64,000 nt of DNA from Raillietiella orientalis (lineage: Eukaryota), in contig JAYWIR010000020.1 in the NCBI GenBank assembly GCA_036172245.1, positions 310,001 through 374,000 on the forward strand. The letters are read 5' to 3'. Shown here piece after piece: positions 1 through 10,600 of this stretch. The notes under the pieces are model-generated. The model was not told the DNA's origin. It saw only the letters and a list, made by a program, of their open reading frames with translations, and did not search any database. The position numbers and the translations under genes were made by a program. How positions within the stretch are numbered: position 1 is the stretch's first letter; each line of letters starts with the position of its first letter.

Positions 1-377
1 GCATTTTTTGGAGATTTTCCACAATTAATGATGTATATTTTGGCAATTTTGTCAGCCATTTAAGAATAGCACTAGATCAAAATTTGTTTATCAGTTTCAA
101 AGTTTCATGCGTCAGTGATTATTCACATTTTTCAAAACCTTTCTGAACTCTTGGTACTTCTTCATCGAGACAACTTGGGTTTAAATTTGCCGTAAGGTTT
201 TGCCCATGTATTCTGCCGCTCATTCCAGATGATAGTGAGTTCTGTATCGAGTTTTGGGGTATTTTTGACATAATTGATATTGAAGATATATTGTGGTCTT
301 GTAGTGAAGCGTTATTTGTATTTATACAACTGAAGCAGCAAATCAGTGCATGCACGAACTTACCGAATCGTTAACAT
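1..377 (-). CDS. Possible 5' end of an unidentified gene running out of the window, divergent from ASH2L
   Basis: ATG TTA ACG ATT CG followed by a GTAAGT donor, a short intron ending CTTCAG and an open exon (CINTNNASLQDHN...); no recognisable domain. Confidence 0.25.
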
Positions 378-620
378 CAAATATTAAACATATATGTTAG
401 ACATCAAACATTAAATTAGACATGACGGATTGGGCCCTGAACACATAATACTTTATTTATGTAACCGGTCGTTACATGAAAGTTGCATTGAATTGACCAT
501 CCAAATGAAGCAGTGAAAGAAACTGAATTACACGTACTAGGCAATGAAAGGAATACGTGGTATGAAGTTGGTATATAATTATATTTGATTATTGTTCGGG
601 GTATCTTAATTGAAATCCTA

Positions 621-2597
621 ATGGATACGGCCGTAAATGTTGAGGAACCTATTAATGGAAGTCATATCAATGGCAATAACAGTATATGCGAAGATGAACA
701 AACTGCAACCCGTACGGAAGTTTCAGGAAAGGGTACATGCTACTGGTAAGACGATTTTTTAGTGCGATAAGTATTGAATGTCTTTCAGTGGTAAAGAACG
801 TAATTTGAATGCTGCTGAGCTCATGTGTAGTACCTGTGAATGCTGGTTTCATGAAAGCTGCATAACTTTGCAACTGAATCGTTTAATCCCATTCCTATTT
901 AATTATCATTTCACTTGCAAAAACTGTAGCCCTACAGGGTTGGAAACCTTTAGGAAAAATCCTGCCCGTATGCATATTGTATTTTTTCTTATTGTTGACT
1001 GTGTGCAGAGTTCACTCATATGTGCATCACTGCTTTGGCCAACTTGACTCAGCAAAGTATTAAAGAAGGGCGGCCTCGCAGATTCTTTTCTCGTAGTCAG
1101 GAAATCATTCCTTTCATTGATGATCATTGGGATTGCCTCAGTACTACAGGCCGGAGAGTCACACAAACTTGGCATGCTACTGTAGGTCTTTGAAGGAGTC
1201 ATATATGGTGTCTTCATCATTGTTTAGATTGCTAAAGTACTCACAAAAGATGGCACTATGCTATTTGAAGCTGAAGAAATTTCTGACTCAGATGCTGGGT
1301 TTCCTCGTTATGCCCTGCGGAACATGGATTTAGCTTCAATTAGACCTGTTGTTGAAGGTGAGGATGATGGTATCATTATTTTGGTGTTAACAAGAGTCTA
1401 GGAGTATTACAGATTAGAGGTAGAGGGTCCAAGAGACGTCCTTGGGAGCATGGTGGTCCAGGTCGAAAAATGGCTAAAGGGGAACCCAACTTGATAAAGC
1501 TACCTGCACATGGGTATCCTCTAGAGCATCCCTTCAACAAAGATGGTTACCGATATATTTTAGCTGAGCCTGATCCTCATGCTCCCTTTCGGTAAAAAAA
1601 ACAAAAACAAAACAAAGAAACATAAAAAGATGTTTTAACAAAACTAGTCAAGAGTTTGATGAAAATTCTGACTGGGCAGGAAAACCTATTCCTGGTTGGT
1701 TATATCGAGCTCTTAGTCCTTCTGCAGTGTTGTTAGCACTCCATGACCGAGCACCCCAACTGAAAGTTGCAGAAGATCGCTTGATGGTGACTGGAGACAA
1801 AGGATATTGCCAAATTCGAGCCAATCTTGGTAAGTTGTTCAATTAATGTGATGTTCCATTTTGTCATAGGAGTTACAGAAGGATCATGGTACTGGGAGTG
1901 TACATTAGTGGAAGTTGCAGAAGGATCAGCAGCACGGCTAGGGTTTGGTCAAGAATTTGCTAATCTGCAGGCTCCACTTGGGTTTGATCGCTTTGGCTAT
2001 TCATGGCGCTCCTTGAAGGGTACTGTGTTTCATGAATCTCGTGGTCATCATTTTGTGGATGGTTATACTGAGGGTGACACAGTAGGGCTCCTTATTGAGT
2101 TGCCTGCAGGCAACAAACAGCTACCTGCAACTTACAAAGACAAAGTATGTGAGGTGAGCCACATCTGGAGCTAATTGTGTTACTTTTCCAGCCATTAGTA
2201 AAATTCAAGAATCATTTGTATTTTGAAGACAAAGATGATATGCAAAAAGCCCTTCAGTCTCTTCATCCTTTACGAGGTTCCTCAATTACGTTCTATAAAA
2301 ATGGGCGATGTCAGGGAACACCTTTTAATGATATCTATGCTGGGTGCTATTTTCCCAGCATCAGTTTATACAAAGGTATCACAGTAGCAGCTAATTTTGG
2401 ACCAGCATTCAAGTATCCGCCTACTGACAGAAGTTATTTACCAGTATGTATATATGTGCATATTGTTAATCATTCTACTACTACCACAGATGCAGGATCG
2501 AGCTGCACAGAGTCTAGTAGAACAGGCTGTGGCAGATGTTATATTTTTTATAGAAAATCAGCAACAATTACGACTGGACTACAAAGGAGGAGAATAA
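621..2597 (+). CDS. ASH2L: Set1/COMPASS H3K4 methyltransferase subunit ASH2 (PHD-WH, SPRY, DPY30-binding helix), 9 exons, ~537 aa
   Basis: Exons 621-745, 789-967, 1009-1181, 1228-1357, 1402-1591, 1648-1829, 1870-2144, 2192-2443, 2490-2597 join in frame through GT-AG introns of 40-56 nt; motifs [70 protein letters not shown]. Confidence 0.96.
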
Positions 2598-2599
2598 GC

Positions 2600-2605
2600 A
2601 ATAAA
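2600..2605 (+). terminator. AATAAA polyadenylation signal for ASH2L
   Basis: Canonical hexamer 2 nt after the ASH2L stop codon, within the 11-nt gap to the NME6 stop. Confidence 0.55.
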
Positions 2606-2608
2606 TGA

Positions 2609-3310
2609 TTAGACATAAATCACTTCTACCTCTTGCAGTTGAACATCAGTATCTGCCTTTAATGCTGTTTCAAACTTCTCACCACTGAAATCAGGAAAAA
2701 AAAATGCAATTTCCTTTTTAGCAGATTCTATGCTGTCTGAAAAAATTATGTTGACATTTTGAACATAAATATTCTTATGCCAGTACCTGAACCATGAAAT
2801 GTATTTCTTGTATCTGTTAATCCAAAATATGCTCGTAAACTGTTGGGATGACTGAATTGTGCACGATATACGTGGGTAGGACCTATCATTTTGCGCCAGT
2901 AATTGACTGCATCATTGCGGGCTAATACATGAATCCATATTGGTCCACTATAACAATGTGCACAATATATTATATCATGTATGTGAAAAATACAATTCAT
3001 ATTTTATATTTAAATAACTGTATATGTTATTACCTGCACATGTATGTAAGCAGTCTCCTAAAATAGAATTTTTCCCTATGTTCCTTATAAAATGCATGGG
3101 CTTCTGCAGGCTGCATGTGTTGCTGTTTGGTCAAAACAATCTTAAATCCCTCTTTCTGCAGTAGACTTTTTACATGCTAGAATGTAGATGAGAATCAGTA
3201 ATTTCGAAGAAATTAATTTCTATCCTTTTAAGCTTTTAACATTCACAAACCTTACATATGAAAGTTATTTTGGATGCATCCGGCTTAATGATCGCCAAAG
3301 TGAACTCCAT
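2609..3310 (-). CDS. NME6: Nucleoside diphosphate kinase 6 (group II NME), 4 exons, ~163 aa
   Basis: Exons 3310-3251, 3176-3034, 2947-2787, 2736-2609 in frame; TLAIIKPDA, FYKEHREKFYFRRL, WRKMIGPTHVYRA, SLRAYFGLTDTRNTFHGSDS (catalytic His). An upstream acceptor near 3327 suggests a further 5' exon may exist. Confidence 0.92.
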
Positions 3311-4738
3311 TTGTTTTGGGGCAACTTGTGGAAGAAAAGAAACAAAATAGAATGCCAATGAAAACACCGTCATTGACTAATCTGCTAATGCACTTGGCAT
3401 GCAACACACAATCCATTCCTAAGCGGACTTTCGTGTGCGCTGAGGGAGCTGCCAAAGTTTCATCGGTAATAAGGTTGATTTGATACTTCATTATGAACCT
3501 GTTGAAATATCTTGCTTTCAGTCAGAGGCATTGTTTTGTTTTGCATGTGCAGAAATTTCGTTTTGAAAAACAATGTTGATTTCAAACTTATGAATAACCG
3601 CGAAAAATTAAAAAGCTACCAGTGCTCATAAATGATCGAACAGTGTTGCAAGGTACTCTCTAATTAGGTTAAATATTCTAAGTCTGAATATGTTTTGCAG
3701 TTCAGCAACAATCTTTTTCATTCATCACCTTCGAGTTTTCTTGTATTTAAAAAGAATCACTTGAAGAATTTTGAATTGTTAAGATATATGTAAAATCGTT
3801 ATCAGATTTATGTTCGGAATACTTCTATCAGAAATTGTGTTTTTACATAGTAATGAATATTCACGAATGGTCTACTTTTGAAAAAAAGTTACATAGATGA
3901 AATTCGAGATTATGAGATGGAATGAAAATTGCTCAAAAATAATAGTTTTTATACCATCATAAATTTTGTCTACAAAGATTGGCATCTGATGTCGCATCTA
4001 AAAATCCCTCAACATTGAAAATGACAAAAATAGGAAAATTCTGGGATATTCATCAAATTAATCGAGAAAAATACAGTCATTGTCTCCATTCTCATGTACG
4101 TGCTGCTACAAATCGACTACTTTTATTGTTTTTGGCTTGAATTTTCCTCCATTTTTGAAGTAAAGTTAGAGCTAGAGAATGCCTAGTACTTTATTAACTG
4201 ATATTTTGGAGAGTTATATATTATAGGCATAGGTCTTTTTTGTTTTTTTTTCATAAAGGAACGTTTCTTATTTTTATTACATTCCCTTTTAGTGAATGAC
4301 CTTTTCTGAACCTACATATCTTATTTGAATGAAGCTAAATTTAAATTCATAATGCTGAATTTTCACTCCACTGGAATAAATGGATAAGTAAATAAAGTGG
4401 GCTACTTCAATCGAATAGTCCCAACAATTTAAATATAATTTACTAAACTTCGCAAGTTTTGAAAAGACCATTCAATTACTTTTATACAAATAATAAAAGT
4501 ATGCAATTTCAGTATCAAATTTGCTTTGCAGCAATCATGCAGATCGGCAATACGAGTTTTTTGTTACGGAATTTGCGAAACCTTGCATTTTATTTAAAGA
4601 TTTTACATGTATACCAGTTATTTAAATGGCTTTGCACCACCTTACAGTCTTCTCATCTTCTTGAATCACAGCTGTAGATATATGTAAATATTAAGGTTAG
4701 ATGAAGATTTTGCATAAAATTCGTTCCCATGGTTGACG

Positions 4739-5200
4739 TCATTTCTTCTGCTTGATCTCTTGCTCGGCGTCTTCTATGGCGGCGCACTGCCCGTCATCGT
4801 CGAATTCTTCCATACACGATAAAGGCATCATCGGACTGGTGACTAAGTCTGTGTGTCCAGTAAATATCGCAGCTATATCGGATACATTAGATGCCTCATT
4901 TTCTCCAGATATTGCTACACCAAGATCTTGGAGTACCTCATCGCTCCGTGGATCCCACGCTCTACTGCGATCCAAGGAGGAACGCGTGGACTTGGGAGCC
5001 TATTGATCCAACCTGGAGAGTTGGTTGGCAATATCAGCATATTTGTTCTCCTCTGACTTCCGAGATGCGTTGAGTGCCTCTTCGCTATTTTCAAATAGGC
5101 ATGTGACATCCAAAATTGCAGCTCTGTTGTCCTGCAGCACCAATCAGGCCGTAGGGTGATACCAGAAATTTGTTGGTTCCATAGACTTTTTACTCTGCTT
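4739..5200 (-). mobile_element. Decayed C-terminal fragment of a restriction-like endonuclease (NeSL/Utopia-like) non-LTR retrotransposon
   Basis: Across frameshifts and stops: LRPD...ILDVTCLFEN...ENKYADIA...VHAFLLGS..AWDPRSDEVLQDLGV...MRHLM..CDIYWTH, the PD-D/E nuclease pattern of RLE elements. Confidence 0.7.
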
Positions 5201-5211
5201 CATTGCTTCAT

Positions 5212-6584
5212 TCTTCACTCCACGCAGGGACGGTGGACTTGGTATCCTGACGTTGGAGCGCATGGAGCGTCAGCTCCAACTAAGAAAACTTGCCCTTGCG
5301 GCAAAATATTGGACAGAACCATGGTGTACGCCCATACGACTCCCCGCCCACAGGGCAACGGCTGTGATGGATTGACTTCAGTCCTCGTAGCCAACGACGG
5401 TAGACTGTACCATTGTGGTTCACAGCTACGTGAATTGATGGCCCTGGTGAGGAGGAACCCGTGGATCTCCTGCAGCCCCGCAAACTGGACTACCTGGCTC
5501 CAGGAGTCCGTTTCCGCGTGGGCAAAAATCAACGGCTCCAGCGAGGTGGACTTCTTCCTTCGTCGAGGTAGGAACGCTGGCCAGCCCCTGCGGGAGATCG
5601 TATCCCACCCACAAAAGCTTTTGTGGGCCTCATTCACCCCCTTGCCCCCGTGCTGCCCTCCCTTATAGAAGCCAGGGACAGCCAAGAGGAGGCTTGTTAC
5701 GAAGTGTCCTGCCTCATCGGAGGCAGGAAAAAACCAGTGAAGGCGTGGACGTCCCGGGAACTAGCGGACGCCACAACCCCGAGTGTCCCGCCAAATGGAA
5801 TTGTGCGCTGGGGCGAGCTGCTCGAGATGCCCCCGGAGTATTGGGACAGTGGCACCCTCCCTTTGGATTGGCAGGAGACGGCGCTGCTTGTGCTCCATTG
5901 GGGACTTTTGAGCAGAGCACGCCTGTCTCACTGGACATTGGGGAGATTGGATGCCCATTGTACAGAGTGTGGGGAAAGGGAGACCTTCCCCCACTTACTA
6001 ATCGAATGTGTTGCCCTCCGCCGCACGTGGGATCGACTCTCGTCGGCCATAAACGTAGCGGTGGGAGACCCTAAAAACATTTTTCGGCGCCTCTTGATGC
6101 GGAACTTTCTGCCAGGTGCCGCGTGTGTTGCAGTTCTCTGCTGCATACGAGGAATATTGGACAAGTGGAATGCGTCGATAAGGGGCCGCAGTAGTCGGAA
6201 TGCCATCCACCGGGCGGTCATCTCCATGGAGAAGGCTTCCCGTTGGCGCCGGCTGAGGAAAATTCTGCCAGCACTCGTTAGCACCCGGAACCAGATGCAG
6301 AGGCCTCCCCTCGGCGAACAGTGATCCCTTCCCTTCCCTCCCCCTCCCCATAAACAATGTCCCCCAAGCGTTGTTTTCGTTTTTTTGTATTTTTTTTTTC
6401 CTTTTTCCCGTCCCCTTCGCGAGTGGAGTAGGCCTTACTGGCACTCAATTCGGTAAACAAGTGCAAAACAATACGAAAAATGTGTTCCTCTCGGAACACA
6501 AATACAATTCAAAACATCGACTGCAATTACCAATTGTTAAAATGTTTTTAAAAAAATAAAAGCCCCGGCTCAGCCGGGTGAAAA
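5212..6584 (+). mobile_element. 5'-truncated L1/Tx1-like non-LTR retrotransposon with 11-bp TSD (CATTGCTTCAT at 5201-5211 and 6585-6595)
   Basis: Post-RT motif PRRDGGLGI at about 5220-5246, frameshifted ORF ending at 6324 with zf-RVT knuckle CTECGERETFPHLLIEC, pyrimidine-rich 3' UTR, AATAAA and terminal hairpin, exact flanking duplication. Confidence 0.85.
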
Positions 6585-7644
6585 CATTGCTTCATGAGAA
6601 TTTGATTTTTTGTTTATTAAGATTGTATACAGATACAGGAAACAAATTCTTTCTCTCTCAAAGTATATGAAGAAGATTCTTGTACCTGCAAATGCCGCAA
6701 AAAGTCTTTCACTGTTATTCCAGTAAGATGAATGGAATGTATCTTCAATCCACTGAGACGAACTTTTCTCTAATATCTGACGTCTTGACATGCATGTTTC
6801 CAGATATTTTTGTTCCGCCTTTCGTGTTTTACTGGTAAATCTTAAAATTACGTCTACGTATTCGTTTTGCAGCAGGAAACCAAAGCAGATCTTTCATGAT
6901 TTTTTTCCTTGGACAGCAGGAACATTTTCATTGGTGTTTTGCCAATATGATGTTTTCTAAAACTCGACGAAAATTATAATTTTTATGTGGGAGCTTTCCA
7001 TTCGAGTGTTTCTCTGTAAACGTGAATCGGCTTCCATGACTCTCTTTTAAATTTTCCCGATGGATTTTGATGAAAAAGATGATATTTTGCAAACAGGCAT
7101 GGACTGAGCAGGCTAGACAAGACATGATTTCTTTTTTTTTTTTTTTTTTAAAAAAAAAAAGGTCTTTTGCATCGCGTGATCCTAAAATGCGTTTTGTTTT
7201 TCTGTTTTTAATCTTACCTTCTAAAAGATTCATGGTTTTCTTGGTTTCACGGGCTCAAGTTTAATGAGCAATACAAATAAAAACACACCGTAGTGTCGGC
7301 CATTCTGATCAATCAGGACAGCTTTGAAGAAGAAAGTCGAACTTTTGCAATCCACTGCAAAAACTCCTTCACAATCTGCTTGTGCAGATTTTCAGCAAAA
7401 TATCCTTATCAAAACAAAGGCGATGCATCGAGGGTTAATCTGTAAATAAGCAGCTCTGATTCATTCAACAAGATGTATCTTCCATTCTTTATTTTTATGT
7501 GTGCCTTCAAAGTTGAGTACTCCAATGAAAATAAAATGATGCTCAAGAGTGAGAAGTATCATTGTATTGTTTCGGAAGCTTAGGTATTATAAACTCAATA
7601 CACATGAGCTTTCAAATTTTACTAAATTTCTCAGAATTTTCAAT

Positions 7645-10600
7645 TCAAAATGATCGTGGCAATGGTTGCATTGATTTCGCTATTTTGTCTTGAATCCAGT
7701 TTAAATAATAGGCCACCCTTATGTAAACTCCAGGCCTGTTGGGACGTGCACATCCGTGGCCCCAGCTTATGATTCCGTAAAGGACATAAGAATCTGCAAA
7801 ATAAGAGGAAAAAATTTCAGATCTCATTGACATTTCTTTCACTAAGGCAATCGAAAGTTAGGCACCGTTTACAAAGAATTCACCTAATTTGTTCGTTTGT
7901 GAGTTACTTAATATGGTATCACTTATACTCTTACTATCAAGTTTGGAAGTTCTTTTGAGTCGAAGTGTCCTCTTTTCCCTTCTTTTGCTAGAAAAAGAAC
8001 AGCCTGGAACATCGAGGATTCCTAAATTCCTAGATGACCTTCTCAAGCGCTCGTTTGAATATGGTCCCAGGGCTCGGCGAAACTAAACTGTTCTCCCACC
8101 TATGCTTTTCTTGTTTAAGAGCTTCTTTTTGGATTTGCAGATGATTTTCCCATTTGTTGCCTTTCATTGCGAATTTTCGATGTCTCAGCCATTTTGAAAA
8201 TGCACTTGGTAAGAAAGTCCAATTCTGGATTTTAGAGGAATCCAAGTTTGAAAACGGAAACTTGCAAGAGGGAGCCATCATCAGGCGAGCCAAATGACAG
8301 AAAGCAGCAGATACGCGTTTCGAAGAGAAAGGATGTTTGAGTGCTCCCCTCCCCCTCTTTCCTCTTTGAAATTCCTTGCAGCAGTAAGAATGTAAGTAAC
8401 GATCACATTGAAAGGAATTCGCAATCCTACAGAAAACGCGCGAACACGGATAGCGAATCAGAAACCTCATGTCGTTTCCAGGTTCCCTTCTTCTGGTGGA
8501 ATTTTTCAGAGAGATTCCGCCGAAATCCAATTTCTGGGAATCAGTCCAATCAAACCGAAGAGATAGAACTTGAAGAATCGAAAGACCAGTTTAGATGATT
8601 GTCTCATTAAGAAGAAAATGATGAAAATCATTTTAAATAAATGGTCCAAAGCACGTTTTCCAACAGAAAGGAGATTCCAGGTCCATGGAGGTCCGTGGAA
8701 ATGTACAAAAGTGTCAATTCATTTTCCTGATACGGCATCCAAAATCAGTGACTAAGCGACTGTCAGCATCGATTCTTTTCAAAATTTCAAATCTCGGGCA
8801 AAATCACGTCACTCGATTAACTAACATTGACATTGGGCTATTTATTCATTGGAACAAGCAATGATGATTGGTCTTACCATCTTTCATCACGACTAATGGT
8901 CCTCCGCTGTCTCCCTGACAAGAATCTATCCCTCCTTCCAAGTATCCGGCGCAGAACATTCCAGGTTTCATCCTGTCTCCGTAAACAAGTTGGGAGCTGC
9001 AGATGTCGTCATGCAGAATAGGTACGGAAGCTGCTTGTAGCTTATAAGAGTAGCCTGGAAACTCACGGCTCCTGGAAATCGCGTATAAGACATGACTATC
9101 TCCTTACTGATGCCTGTGCTTCCCCAGCCGGTGATTGTCGCATTAATTCCAGGGGTGTATTCGGTATTCTTGCGAGGTAAACAAATCGGCTGCACAGTGT
9201 TGCTGAACTTGATGCCCCCTCCTCCTTTCTGTTTGATCTTGATAAGCGCTATGTCGTTATTGTACAGAGTCTCGAGATCTTTGTCTTCGTGGAAGTACAG
9301 CTCTTCAATCTCGAATTCCTGCTCTCCCAGCTCGAAGACCTGAAGGCATGCGCTACTAGTCAACAGCAACTTGTGTGAAGATTAATGAAAGGTACCTAGG
9401 ATCAGGGTTTTGATCGCTCTTCGGATTAGGATGACAAGTGTTACAAAAGAGGAGTGGCCTTAGAAGGTCTCAGGAAAGAAAAAAGAAAAAACGAATGACT
9501 TTTTCAGGGAATTCTTTTTTTTCTAAAGGGTCTGAGAATGCTGAAACTATTATGGTTTTTCATTCGCTTTGGTCAGCATTCTGGAACAGTTTTTAAACTT
9601 TAGGAACTCAACAGAAGGTTGCTCGAAGGTGCACAATTCCCATTAATCAGTGTTTGGGGTGGAAACGGATCCACACGGGCCTTTAAGTGCCTCAGGAAGA
9701 GATCTTTCCATTGTCCAATCCATGCGCCTGCTTGCTCCTTACTTTGAACCAATCAACTGGAGAGTGTTGTCCTTACGCCTCCCAGAGATGCCCATAATGA
9801 ACCGAAGATGTACGAGGAGCATTTCAAAAGAGCCGATCGGACATCAAGGGAGAACAAACAAGAGAAACAAAAATGTATTGGTGGTTCTAAACATGTACAT
9901 TCCCATGTCATTTTTCTACGTGGTCACCATTTATTTCTAAACACTTTTGATTCCATAGGACGAGCTTTTTGAAACCCTCTGCATGAAATTCTGCCACCTG
10001 AGAGTTCAGCAAGGTCAGTACTGCACTTTCAGCTCCTCATTTTCCTCTAACTGTTGACACGCAAGTCACTTCTGGAGGTATAGGAAGGAAGACGTGGTAG
10101 TCCCTGGGCGGAACTGTAAGGTGAGTGATCAAAAAGCTCCCATTCGAATTTCCGAATCATCTGGAATGTGCGGACAGCGGCAGTGTGTGGGACCAAAAGG
10201 GTGTGCTTCTGGTGGACTTTATGGAGTCTGAAGGAACCACTACTTCGCAAGTCCACTGTGAAACACTTTCCAAACTGCGGCGGGCAATCCAGATACGACG
10301 ATGTAGGATGCTGAGATCAGGAATTGTACTTCTTCTTCACAACAACGCGCGCCTTGGCAACACATGATGTCCGCACATTCCAGACAATCCAGAAATTTAA
10401 ATGGGAACTTTTTGATCACCCACCTTACAGTCCTGTCCTTGCGCCCAGTGAGCTACTACGTCTTCCTGCACATCAAGAAGTAGCTCAACGGTTCGAGGAA
10501 AGTGAGGAGTTGAAAACTGCGGTGCTACTGAACTGGCTGAACTTCCAGGCGGTGGGATTTGATGTAGAGGGTTTCAAAAAGCTTGCTTTTTGAAACCCTT

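Noticed and set aside
7132..7160. T-run followed by A-run forming a palindrome
   Set aside because: Simple homopolymers, common and error-prone
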